Notes under the pieces: model-generated
Databases searched by the model: none
Told to the model about the DNA's origin: nothing
Seen by the model: the letters and a program-made list of their open reading frames with translations, nothing else
Assembly: GCA_964559215.1 (NCBI GenBank)
Contig: CAZLFZ010000001.1
Coordinates: forward strand, 3,985 to 67,984
Direction: 5' to 3'
Length of the DNA: 64,000 bases
From: an uncultured archaeon
GTDB lineage: Archaea; Aenigmatarchaeota; Aenigmatarchaeia; QMZP01; JAFGSV01
Program-made: the position numbers and the translations under genes
Part shown: piece after piece, positions 18,256 to 27,378 of the stretch
How positions within the stretch are numbered: the stretch's first letter is position 1
How the letters are laid out: every line of letters begins with the position of its first letter

Positions 18256-18945
18256 TCAACTATTTTTCCTCATCTCAAAGATCAGGCTGACGCCGAAGGG
18301 GGCCCTTATGTTTTTTTCTATCTTGTATGCCAATCCTATCAGTGGGGTGAGTCTATTGATTTTCTTGGATCTCCCCCTATACGTCTTTGTCTGGTTAAGG
18401 AAAATATTGGAGAAGAGGAAGGGTGGGAACATCAGGCTGTTCGCATATCTGCATCTCTTCACAACAAATCCGTGGCGTTTTGCAAACTTTATGAACTTGT
18501 TCCTGTCATATCTCCTATAATGGCCCATATGCCTGTCGTGGGTGCCGTAAATGGAGCTATGTGCAGGGACCGTTATTATCGCCTTGCCATCTTTCTTCAA
18601 GAGGCTGCGAATCTCGTCCAGCACTAACCCGTCCTCGCGTACATGCTCCAGCATGTCCCCGCACACGACATAATCAAAAGAACCTTTCCTGAATGGCAGG
18701 TGCCGCGCATCGACAAGGAGTCGTTTTCCCCAAAGCTTCGCTATGTTACCCTTTTCCATGTCAGAAAAAATGACCTCATTATCACCGCTCAGCGAAGATC
18801 CTATGTATCCCGGGCCGCAGCCAAGGTCGAGTATCCTGTTTCCTTTGCCTTTCACCATTTCCATTATTATTCTCAGCCTCACGTTTACCCATATGTCGCT
18901 GCCCAACCTCCCATGCACAATTTTGATGTCGGTCATTGTCACCAA
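18256..18945 (-). CDS. Class I SAM-dependent methyltransferase
   Basis: 'ILDLGCGPGYIG' motif I. 'VVCGDMLEHVRED' post-II region. 229 aa. Confidence 0.6.
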   Translation of the reverse strand: MVTMTDIKIVHGRLGSDIWVNVRLRIIMEMVKGKGNRILDLGCGPGYIGSSLSGDNEVIFSDMEKGNIAKLWGKRLLVDARHLPFRKGSFDYVVCGDMLEHVREDGLVLDEIRSLLKKDGKAIITVPAHSSIYGTHDRHMGHYRRYDRNKFIKFAKRHGFVVKRCRYANSLMFPPFLFSNIFLNQTKTYRGRSKKINRLTPLIGLAYKIEKNIRAPFGVSLIFEMRKNS

Positions 18946-19065
18946 CCGAAAACGACACGAGTACCGAATCTATTCTTTCATTATTTTTCAAATGTTTTAA
19001 ATGCCTTTACGTATCTATAGAGCTTGGAAGGATTCAGAAGTTTTAAATTAAGATTGTTTATTATT

Positions 19066-20004
19066 TTATCTTTCAGCTGAAAATGCAAAAGCGGCGCCAA
19101 AAACCGCGATTACTACATAGCTTATTGTCACTGCTACCAGACTCATTACTACTACCATCTCCGATCCTACTCCGAAAATTGAAAAGAGAAAGACCAAAGT
19201 CGCCTCCCTTGTTCCCCATCCACCTACTGTTATGGGAATCAGTCCTATCAAAGTTGCAATCGGCAACATCGTGACAAATGCTGTGCAGGGTACGTCTATG
19301 CCCACAGAGATTGCTATCATATACGTTGAAGAATACAAAAACAGCCAACCTACAAGTGTCAAGACAAATGGGGCTATTATTTGCCTGAAATCGATTATGT
19401 TATCGTAGAATGAATTGAACGCATCCTTGGCTCTCGTCTTCATTTTTTTGGGTACAAACAACCTCCAGAATATTCTCGTTATTCCCCTGCTCGTCTTTTT
19501 GCGAACAAATATGAAAAGTACCGAAAAAAGTGCGAGGGAAATAACCGAGACGGCTGCAAACAATTCAAAAGAAAGATAATTTGCCAGTGATATCATCCCT
19601 ATTATTGCAAGTACAAAAAGTGCGGTGAAATCCAGCACTTTGTCTATTATCACGCTTACGCTGCATTCTCCCGTACTTTTTCCTGTTTTGTTTTTCATGT
19701 ACCTAATCCTTATAAAATTTCCAACCCTTCCCGGAGTGACAAGACCATAGAACGCACCTATGATATATATCCTAAAGAGTGTCCAAAAGCCCAGACTAAT
19801 GCCTTGCTTCCTGACGAGGTAACCCCATTTGAAATTCTGAATACAGAGATATGAAAAGAAGAGAAATGCCGCGGGAAGCAGATACCTGATGTCCACTTTC
19901 ATGAATGTTTCCAGTATCACCCCAGGTCCTGTTCTGAGAATCAGGTAAACAAGGATGCAGATGCCTATCAAAGGGAGTATCCTTGTCGCTTTTTTCATGG
20001 ACAT
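19066..20004 (-). CDS. UPF0104 / flippase-like integral membrane protein (LPG-synthase-TM-like)
   Basis: 312 aa with 8+ TM helices. 'TPGRVGNFIR' and 'GGWGTREATLVF' motifs match the 41632-42582 paralog. Confidence 0.5.
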   Translation of the reverse strand: MSMKKATRILPLIGICILVYLILRTGPGVILETFMKVDIRYLLPAAFLFFSYLCIQNFKWGYLVRKQGISLGFWTLFRIYIIGAFYGLVTPGRVGNFIRIRYMKNKTGKSTGECSVSVIIDKVLDFTALFVLAIIGMISLANYLSFELFAAVSVISLALFSVLFIFVRKKTSRGITRIFWRLFVPKKMKTRAKDAFNSFYDNIIDFRQIIAPFVLTLVGWLFLYSSTYMIAISVGIDVPCTAFVTMLPIATLIGLIPITVGGWGTREATLVFLFSIFGVGSEMVVVMSLVAVTISYVVIAVFGAAFAFSAER

Positions 20005-20060
20005 AGAAACACCATGAATTTAATTATCAAGATTTTTTAAATATCGGCCATAGGCTGTTC

Positions 20061-20780
20061 CTAATGCTTTTTTATTCTCATCTTTAGAACGGTGAAAAAC
20101 ATGTTAGGTATAGCCCTGCTGATCTTCAGGCTCGACATGGCCTTGTCTTCCCATCTGATAGGCACTTCCTTTATCCTGTAGCCCATCTTCTTTATGACGT
20201 AAAGCATGCACGCATCTATTGCAAAATTCGTCACACTCAGATTCTTTGCCACGGCCTTCACAACATCCCTTCTGAATACCTTGGCAGGGCACTGCGTATC
20301 CTTGTAATGCAGACCGAACAAAAGCCGTATCAGTATGTTGAATCCCCTGCTGGCAATCCTCCTGACAGGCCTCTGCTTCTTCACAACAATGGATCCCTTG
20401 AGCCACCTGGAGCCTATAACGCCGTCATATCTTCCTATCATATTGAGAAGCCTGAGCATCTCTTCGGGAGGCGTCGAGCCGTCGGCGTCCGTATACGCCA
20501 CATACTCTCCACTGGCATAGGCGAATCCACTGAGAAGAGCACCGCCCTTCCCCCCCTTTTCTGGATATACACGATAACGTATGTTTTTGTTTTTCCTTGA
20601 TTTTTCCCTGACTATCTGGGGCGTCCTGTCCGTGCACCCGTCCATGATGACGAGAATCTCGTAACTGTATTTATTTTTGCTGAAAAAATCAGAAAAACTG
20701 TCAAGCGTTTTGCCTATCCTTTTCTCCTCGTTGTATGCCGGAATTATGATGCTAAGTTTTGGTTTCATTTCATTTTCCAT
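20061..20780 (-). CDS. Glycosyltransferase family 2, dolichyl-phosphate hexose synthase (DPM1/AglD-like)
   Basis: 'LSIIIPAYNEEKRIGKTLDS...ILVIMDGCTD...YTDADGSTPPEE'. Start moved to the ATG at 20780. Confidence 0.65.
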   Translation of the reverse strand: MENEMKPKLSIIIPAYNEEKRIGKTLDSFSDFFSKNKYSYEILVIMDGCTDRTPQIVREKSRKNKNIRYRVYPEKGGKGGALLSGFAYASGEYVAYTDADGSTPPEEMLRLLNMIGRYDGVIGSRWLKGSIVVKKQRPVRRIASRGFNILIRLLFGLHYKDTQCPAKVFRRDVVKAVAKNLSVTNFAIDACMLYVIKKMGYRIKEVPIRWEDKAMSSLKISRAIPNMFFTVLKMRIKKH

Positions 20781-20836
20781 ATCTTCGATATTGGATGTTA
20801 TACTTAAATTTAATAAATGCAGAAGAGGTAGTAGAA

Positions 20837-21033
20837 TCACGCGTTGTGATGGTTGTTTATAGTCGTGTGATCTTTGTGTTTTTTGTACCAGTCCATAGTC
20901 TTTTTCAACCCTTCTTCAAGGCCAACTTTCGGTGAATAGCCGAGCACTTCTTTGGTTTTATTGATATTCGGCACCCTTTCCTCAATATCCACATAGTCAA
21001 TCTTCTTGACGCACTTCCCATATCATTTTACGG
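20837..21033 (-). pseudogene. 3'-terminal remnant (about 55 codons) of an NAD-dependent epimerase/dehydratase gene
   Basis: Minus-strand translation reads 'KKIDYVDIEERVPNINKTKEVLGYSPKVGLEEGLKKTMDWYKKHK...*'. This parallels the C-terminus of the intact epimerase at 23025-23984 ('KKIDYPDVKTRVPNIDKAREMLGFEAKVSLEEGLKKTIEWYRQNMKE*'). It is bounded upstream by an in-frame stop with no N-terminal part. Confidence 0.6.
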
Positions 21034-21247
21034 CCTCGGCACAAGGGACGCTGCCATGATATACCTCCTCGACCTTATAGGCATTGCTGCAGAATCAGCG
21101 GTGCCTTTTCCGTAATGATACCCATAGTCAACTACGTGCTTGTGGGTGTTGCTGGCATGATGCTCTGGGCAAAAAATCCAATAAACCTCAGGGGCCCGGT
21201 TGAACATGTTAATCAGTATGCTAAGGCCGGCGGCGGCGTTCAATATA

Positions 21248-21270
21248 CTTAAATATATACTTAATATATT
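21248..21270 (+). promoter_or_regulatory. Archaeal TATA/BRE-like element upstream of 21291 gene
   Basis: 'cttaaatatatacttaatatatt' sits 20-43 nt upstream of the ATG. Confidence 0.3.
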
Positions 21271-21290
21271 TCCTTTGATAGTGAAGTAAT

Positions 21291-23024
21291 ATGAAAAAAT
21301 ACAATGTAATCTGGATTGTTGGCGATCGTATCAGAAGCTACAAGACCAGCCCTGATGATGACGCCAGCAGGCTTAAAGTGATAGACACATTAGCCGAGGA
21401 TGCCGTAGAGTTCACAAACGCAATTACAAGCGCACCGAGCACTGTAATTTCTGCGTCAACGATGTTCACCGGCCTGCCAGGTTGCCTCATCAGCCGCCAT
21501 TACAATGATTGGAAATTTGATGAAAGGAGGATAAGTTCCATACAGAACACATTAAAGAAACACGGTTATGAGATATACACCATACATGACGCGAGGGAAT
21601 GCAGAAGGATGATGCAAGACCTTATACACCCTCTCTCTGCCAAGTACTTTCCTAAGGGAATAACCCACGACAACATGTGGACAAGCAAAGACGTCACTGA
21701 TATACTTGAGAATCTGCTTAACAATGCTGAAAAGAAGTCTCCGGCTTTCTACATGCTCTGGTATGACTGCAGAGATGATCCAAGCACCACAGACCATATG
21801 CAGAGGGCACTAGATCTCTTCAAGAAGCATGGATTGTATGAGAATTCTATAATCGTTCTGAACTCAGACCACGGCTATCCGGACGCCTCAACCGGCCTTA
21901 CTGGCGAGACCATGAGGAATTTTACACATGACATGATAATAACCGATGACAACATAAAGGTTCCACTCATACTGAAATACCCCGGCTGCCCTAAGGGCAA
22001 GAAAGTGAAGGGTGCGGTGGGAACCTTGGACATCGCTCCCACCATCTACGACATACTCGGCATACCGGAACAGAACACGAAATTCAAGTACAGGGGGAAG
22101 TCCGTCATGGGCATGATACGCGGGAAGGAAAAATCATCCAGGATGATAAGGACGGACACTAGGCTTAGTCTGGCAAACGGCAGGGCGACATCTCTCAGAT
22201 CGAACAGGTACAAATATGTATATTACTGGGATCAGAGAACCGAAGAACTGTACGACCTTCACAAGGACCCGTATGAGACGAAAGACCTCCTGTCCGGAAA
22301 GGTCTCGGCAAACATCAAGAGGGTCTTGCTTAATTTCAGAAAGATGCTAGAGGGAAGGGAAAGGGAAATCAACAATTTCAATATCTTGGTGCTGGATAAA
22401 AACTTCGTAAATAGCATGAACAAATCCTTTTCAAAAAACAGGCAAAAAAAGGTTTCACGGGTGCTAATAACCACGAAGTTTGCACCAAAGATGATGATGG
22501 AATGTTTCCTGAAGTCCTCGAGAAGGGTCTTCCCAAATGCCAAGATAGATGTCCTGTCAAATGATGCTGATCATAAGGAGTACAAGACTTTAGGGTTCGA
22601 TAACGCTTACTCCATCAAGAAACTTGATGCCAATAAGGTTTCCAAATCACCTGCCAAGAAAAACGTATATGACACAGTGTTCTACCTTACCGAGCAATCG
22701 AGGCTGGCTTTCGTGGACGAAAACATTATACAGATGACCAAGGATCTGAAGACTAGAAAATCTATAATGCTGGATTACAACTTTGAAAGCTACAGCAGGT
22801 TTTTTTCAAAGTGGATTGCTCCCATAAGAAGGTGCATGAACCGTAATGTAAAGTTCTACAAGGAGGAACCAACACTATTTTTCAAGGACATCCTCCTCAT
22901 GATAAGAGGCGGTATAAGCCATAACATCAAAAGGGATAGGCTTGATCCGATAGAAGCCGACAATGTTAAAAAAATAAGAGATAGGAAACTGAAACTGAAA
23001 AACAAATCAAGCCACAAAAACTGA
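21291..23024 (+). CDS. Sulfatase-like alkaline-phosphatase-superfamily protein with degenerate formylglycine motif and ~200-aa Lys-rich C-terminal extension
   Basis: 'LNSDHGYPD' sulfatase His box. The position of the C/S-x-P-x-R box reads 'SAPST' with no Arg. 577 aa. Confidence 0.5.
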   Translation: MKKYNVIWIVGDRIRSYKTSPDDDASRLKVIDTLAEDAVEFTNAITSAPSTVISASTMFTGLPGCLISRHYNDWKFDERRISSIQNTLKKHGYEIYTIHDARECRRMMQDLIHPLSAKYFPKGITHDNMWTSKDVTDILENLLNNAEKKSPAFYMLWYDCRDDPSTTDHMQRALDLFKKHGLYENSIIVLNSDHGYPDASTGLTGETMRNFTHDMIITDDNIKVPLILKYPGCPKGKKVKGAVGTLDIAPTIYDILGIPEQNTKFKYRGKSVMGMIRGKEKSSRMIRTDTRLSLANGRATSLRSNRYKYVYYWDQRTEELYDLHKDPYETKDLLSGKVSANIKRVLLNFRKMLEGREREINNFNILVLDKNFVNSMNKSFSKNRQKKVSRVLITTKFAPKMMMECFLKSSRRVFPNAKIDVLSNDADHKEYKTLGFDNAYSIKKLDANKVSKSPAKKNVYDTVFYLTEQSRLAFVDENIIQMTKDLKTRKSIMLDYNFESYSRFFSKWIAPIRRCMNRNVKFYKEEPTLFFKDILLMIRGGISHNIKRDRLDPIEADNVKKIRDRKLKLKNKSSHKN

Positions 23025-23984
23025 TTACTCTTTCATATTCTGCCTATACCATTCTATTGTCTTCTTGAGGCCTTCCTCCAAGGATACCTTTGCCTCGAAA
23101 CCCAGCATCTCCCTTGCCTTGTCTATGTTCGGCACCCTTGTCTTTACATCCGGATAGTCTATTTTTTTGAACGTTATTTTGGATTTTGAGCCGCTCAAAC
23201 GTATCATGGCTTCAGCAAGGCCAAGTATTGTACATGTTGCCTTAGCATTTCCTATGTTAAAAATATTTCCCACCGCCTTTTTGTTCCCCAGGATGAGCAG
23301 TATGCAGTCCACAAAATCGTCAATATAGCACCATGATCTTACCTGGATTCCGTCATTGTGTATCACAAGTTCCCTGTTGTTGATGATGTTATTGGCGAAC
23401 ATCATTACGGCCCCTATTCCCATCTGCCTCGGGCCATAGATATTGAACGGCCTTACTGATGTCACGGGTATACCATACTCCTTGAACCATGAGTGTGACA
23501 GGTACTCAGCAGACAACTTGCTCAGTGCATATACCCACCTTGGCTCGCCAATCGGGCCTATTGATGTATCATCCTTTTCCCCTGACTCATAAGCATCTGC
23601 TCCGTATACCTCGCTTGTGGAAAAATCAATAAAGCTTTCCAGGTCCATTTTCTTTGCAGCTTCAAGCGCATTGTATGTGCCCATCAGGTTCACCCTTAGT
23701 GTGAGATTAGGCATCTTCACAACAGTTGGGGCACCTGTTATTCCTGCGAGGTGCACTACCATGTCACTGCCTAGCATGGACTTTTCAAGCTTTTCCTTGT
23801 CCAGTACATCGCCCTTGATTATCTCCACGTTTGGGTGTTGCGGGATGTTTGTGTAGTTCAGGGAATCCCTGTGAAAAGTGCCATAGATTGTTATCTTATT
23901 GTCATCCATCAGCCTTTCAGCTATATGGCTGCCTATAAACCCCGCTCCGCCTGTCAGAAAAATGGATTTGTTTTTCAAATTCAT
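23025..23984 (-). CDS. NAD-dependent epimerase/dehydratase (extended SDR; UDP-sugar 4-epimerase-like)
   Basis: '[14 protein letters not shown]' Rossmann motif. YxxxK-containing extended-SDR fold. Convergent with the upstream AP-like gene. Confidence 0.7.
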   Translation of the reverse strand: MNLKNKSIFLTGGAGFIGSHIAERLMDDNKITIYGTFHRDSLNYTNIPQHPNVEIIKGDVLDKEKLEKSMLGSDMVVHLAGITGAPTVVKMPNLTLRVNLMGTYNALEAAKKMDLESFIDFSTSEVYGADAYESGEKDDTSIGPIGEPRWVYALSKLSAEYLSHSWFKEYGIPVTSVRPFNIYGPRQMGIGAVMMFANNIINNRELVIHNDGIQVRSWCYIDDFVDCILLILGNKKAVGNIFNIGNAKATCTILGLAEAMIRLSGSKSKITFKKIDYPDVKTRVPNIDKAREMLGFEAKVSLEEGLKKTIEWYRQNMKE

Positions 23985-24127
23985 ACACATATTATTGCAC
24001 ACCTTTTTATATACTTGAGCCAGATTTCATTTGGTTTTGTATGCAGATTCCTTGTTTGAAGCCAAAAGATGTAAGAATAAGGGAAAAAGATAAAAAAACA
24101 CTTTATCTAAACTTTTGTAGTGAAACT

Positions 24128-25351
24128 ATGAAAGTCACACTTATCGGCCCCCCTAGCCCGTATTTGGATAACGATGCCGCGTGCCCGCCGTCCGGTCTCA
24201 TGTACTTAGCAGCAGCTTTAGAAAATATTGGCCATGAAGTGGAAATCCTAGACCTCAGCGGCGGATCAGACTGGAGGAGTAAAGCCCCAAGACTTGAGGC
24301 TGATCTTTTTGGGATAACATGCGTCACACCAAACTTCAACGTAGTCCGAGAGTTGTCCAATCTTCTCCCAGAAGATAGGCCGATAATAATCGGTGGCGTG
24401 CACCCAACACATTTGCCGGAAGATGTCCTTCAGAAGATTCGTTGCGACTCCGTCGTGAGAGGAGAAGGGGAAGTGATAATCAAAAAAGTGATTGAGGACT
24501 TGGAAAGGGGGAAATTGCAGAGGATTTATGAGGGTGGTTTAGTTCCGGTTGAAGATATCCCGAAGCCGGCAAGGCACCTTGTTGACCTCCATAAATACAG
24601 GCCCGGGGGCGAAAAGACAACCCCGGTCTACACTTCAAGAGGATGCCCGTTTAACTGCAATTTTTGCTCAAGGATCACCGGGAGGACCTTCAGGGCCATT
24701 CCCATTCCGCGAGTTTTAGAGGAGATAAAGGAAGTGATGTCACTGGGTTTCAAGCACGTGTATTTCGGTGATGATAACATTGTAATCCAACGCGAAAGGA
24801 TGAAGGAGCTGCTGAAAGCCATCAAGCCCTTGGGTATAGAGTTCAGGCTGAACCATGATGCAAGAACTATAGATGAGGAGATAATCGCTTTGGCCGCTGA
24901 TGCGGGCTGTGATGAGATAAGCTTTGGCATCGAGTCGGGAAGCCAGAGGATGCTCGACCTGATGAACAAATGCACGACTGTTGAGGAAAACAAAAAGGCG
25001 ATGCTGCTAACAAAAAAACACGGAATAAAATCAAAGGCTTACATCGTGGTGAACTTCCCGGGAGAGACCGAGGAGACGGTCAAGGAGACCATAAAGTTCA
25101 TATCTGAGGCAAGACCGGACAAGTGGCTGCTGTCATCCTTTGCCCCTCTGCCAGGCTCCAATACTTTCCACCACCCAGAGAAATACGGAATCACTTGGAT
25201 GAGTAAAAACTGGGAAGACTACTATCTTGCTGGAAAGGATGGGAAATTCAAGCCCTGCTTCAAGACCGACGAACTTTCCTTTGAAAGACAGATATACCTT
25301 CATAATCTTCTTATAGAGAGCCTAAGGGAACAGATAGGAAGACAGCATTAA
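24128..25351 (+). CDS. B12-binding radical SAM enzyme (second intact copy)
   Basis: N-terminal B12-binding domain ('MKVTLIGPP...') then 'SRGCPFNCNFCS' CxxxCxxC. ATG at 24128 chosen within the longer ORF. Confidence 0.7.
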   Translation: MKVTLIGPPSPYLDNDAACPPSGLMYLAAALENIGHEVEILDLSGGSDWRSKAPRLEADLFGITCVTPNFNVVRELSNLLPEDRPIIIGGVHPTHLPEDVLQKIRCDSVVRGEGEVIIKKVIEDLERGKLQRIYEGGLVPVEDIPKPARHLVDLHKYRPGGEKTTPVYTSRGCPFNCNFCSRITGRTFRAIPIPRVLEEIKEVMSLGFKHVYFGDDNIVIQRERMKELLKAIKPLGIEFRLNHDARTIDEEIIALAADAGCDEISFGIESGSQRMLDLMNKCTTVEENKKAMLLTKKHGIKSKAYIVVNFPGETEETVKETIKFISEARPDKWLLSSFAPLPGSNTFHHPEKYGITWMSKNWEDYYLAGKDGKFKPCFKTDELSFERQIYLHNLLIESLREQIGRQH

Positions 25352-26289
25352 GACTCAGGGTTTGCCTTGAGGTGCTGCGCCAGCTTGTTGATGCCTTCTC
25401 CCAGTTTTATAGTCGGCTTAAAGGAAAAGAGCCTTTCCATCTCATGCGGGGAGATTCGGAATGAGATGTATTCAGGAATGGCTTCATTTGTATGCTTTAT
25501 ATCGATATTACTGACCCCGAATATGCGGGCAACCTCCTTGACAAACTCGTTTATACTCAGGGGATTCCCTGTTCCAAAATCAACAGTCACGCTTTTCTCC
25601 AGCCTTGTTTCCAAGACCTTTCTGAGCCCTTCAACCGCATCGTCTATATACATGGAATCTATGTAGCTTTCCCCATCCCCGAACACGGTAAACTCCTTTT
25701 TCCCTTCCAGAACGAACGTCTCCACGAGCTTGGCATGCAACTTTCTGGAAGGCTGGAGAGGACCATACGCATCAAAGAACCTCAGGATTACATAGTTCCC
25801 TATGCTCTTGCGCCTTTCCTGGAAGAACCTGACGTAGCTCTCTGCAGTCAACCTGGATATGGCATAAGGCAGCGTCGGCGAAACCCGGGACCCGGGCGAA
25901 ACAAGGCCCTTCAGGCTGCCATAAACTGCACCCGTTGAAAGGTAGATGAATTTTTCACAGGAAAAGTTCTCCAGGAAATTGACCAGTTCCCTCACATTCG
26001 AGTCCAGGTCAAAGAGAGGATCGCTAATGGACTTCCCCGGGTTCCTATTCCCTGCCAGATAGAGCATTGCGTCAAACTTGCTGCCTATATCCTTTGCTGT
26101 CTTCTGCACGCACTGGAAATCAGAAAGGTCGCAGCTCACAGGGGTGACATTCTTGAGGCCCTTCTCTTTCAGGAAATCTGGGAAACCGTCGGAGCCGAAA
26201 AAGAGTGCAGATATCTCCCAGTCGGGCGGTGCTTTGAGTAAGAAATTCTTGCCCAAAAAATCCGAAGAACCTGTTACAAACAGTTTCAT
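25348..26289 (-). CDS. NAD-dependent epimerase/dehydratase family protein
   Basis: 'MKLFVTGSSDFLGKNF' glycine-rich NAD motif. SDR-like fold. Start moved to the ATG at 26289. Confidence 0.6.
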   Translation of the reverse strand: MKLFVTGSSDFLGKNFLLKAPPDWEISALFFGSDGFPDFLKEKGLKNVTPVSCDLSDFQCVQKTAKDIGSKFDAMLYLAGNRNPGKSISDPLFDLDSNVRELVNFLENFSCEKFIYLSTGAVYGSLKGLVSPGSRVSPTLPYAISRLTAESYVRFFQERRKSIGNYVILRFFDAYGPLQPSRKLHAKLVETFVLEGKKEFTVFGDGESYIDSMYIDDAVEGLRKVLETRLEKSVTVDFGTGNPLSINEFVKEVARIFGVSNIDIKHTNEAIPEYISFRISPHEMERLFSFKPTIKLGEGINKLAQHLKANPES

Positions 26290-26400
26290 AAGACTTCCCA
26301 GTTTTACCCAATTTGTTTTATTTACGCTATTTATATATTTAAGATATGTTGGAAGAATCTGGTTATTGGACACCGTAAACAGCTGACCCACATCTGGAAT

Positions 26401-26415
26401 TAATTATATAAATAC
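26401..26415 (+). promoter_or_regulatory. TATA-box-like element upstream of wbpB-like gene
   Basis: 'taattatataaatac' lies about 20 nt upstream of the ATG at 26434. The same motif occurs in the decayed duplicate at ~35757. Confidence 0.35.
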
Positions 26416-26433
26416 TTCGTTTGATAGTTGCTT

Positions 26434-27378
26434 ATGGTAGTTAAAATCGGTGTTATAGGATGCGGAAAATGGGGAAGGAACCACGCTAGGGTTTATTCTG
26501 AACTGGATTGTGAGCTGGTTGCTCTATCTGATCTGAACTCCGAAGTGAAGGAGCTAGCAAAAAAATTCGGGGCCAGGTTTTTTTTGGACTACAGGGAGAT
26601 GCTTCCCCTTGTGGATGCTGTATCAGTGGTAGTGTCGACAGACATGCATTATGATGTCGTGAAAGCCTGCCTGGAAGCAGGCAAGCACGTGCTGGCGGAG
26701 AAGCCCATAACGCTTAACTCGAAAAGGGCAAAGGAGTTCTTGGACATAGCCAAGGAGAAAGGGCTCATCCTCACCGTGGGTTACCTTTTCAGGTTCAATG
26801 CCTCTGTCCTGGAGCTGAAAAAACGCCTGCAAGATGTCGGAACCATACAGTACATAACAGCAAGGTATATGCACTCTTCCAAGCCTCCCAGGAAGGATTG
26901 CGGCGTGATATTCAACTTAGCCGCCCACCTGATAGACATTCTGACTTTCCTCCTCGACAAGAAGCCGCAGAAGGTGTACTGCAAGAAGGGCAACTTCCTC
27001 TCTGAGGAAAGGGAGGACATGGCAATCATAATCTTGAATTATGGAGGCTTCATAACAGAGCTCGAGGTGAGCTGGTTGCACCCCCTCAAGAAAAGGGACA
27101 TGTGGATAATTGGCTCAAAGCAGAAGGTTTACTCGGATTTCCTGGGGCAGATGATGACCGTCTATCCTTTAGAGGTTTCATATGACGGCATCAAGGCAGA
27201 CAAGCAGTTCAATGTGGAGATAAGGAAGAACGAGCCGCTTAAAGCGGAGTTGAAACAGTTCTGCAAGGACGTGGGAAACGGGAAGGCGATGAATGCCCAT
27301 GACGAACACGTCATAACCAAGATATGTGAACTCTGCCTGCAATCTGCTGAAAAAGAAAAGGAGTTGGACGTGGCATGA
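26434..27378 (+). CDS. Gfo/Idh/MocA-family oxidoreductase, WbpB-like UDP-GlcNAcA 3-dehydrogenase candidate
   Basis: 'VVKIGVIGCGKWGRNHA' N-terminal Rossmann, then 'EKP' box ('LAEKPITL'). Forms an operon with a hexapeptide acetyltransferase and a DegT aminotransferase. Confidence 0.65.
   Translation: MVVKIGVIGCGKWGRNHARVYSELDCELVALSDLNSEVKELAKKFGARFFLDYREMLPLVDAVSVVVSTDMHYDVVKACLEAGKHVLAEKPITLNSKRAKEFLDIAKEKGLILTVGYLFRFNASVLELKKRLQDVGTIQYITARYMHSSKPPRKDCGVIFNLAAHLIDILTFLLDKKPQKVYCKKGNFLSEEREDMAIIILNYGGFITELEVSWLHPLKKRDMWIIGSKQKVYSDFLGQMMTVYPLEVSYDGIKADKQFNVEIRKNEPLKAELKQFCKDVGNGKAMNAHDEHVITKICELCLQSAEKEKELDVA

Noticed and set aside
21028-21243. 71-aa minus-strand ORF between the epimerase stub and the AP-like gene
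   Set aside because: No motif. It is possibly further debris of the decayed epimerase in a shifted frame ('APEVY...HHASNTHKHVVDYGYHYGKG'). I could not align it convincingly, so I did not call it either a gene or a pseudogene.
21291-23024. Annotating the AP-superfamily protein as a true sulfatase
   Set aside because: The formylglycine-generating C/S-x-P-x-R box is absent (it reads S-A-P-S-T), so a canonical sulfatase mechanism is unlikely.
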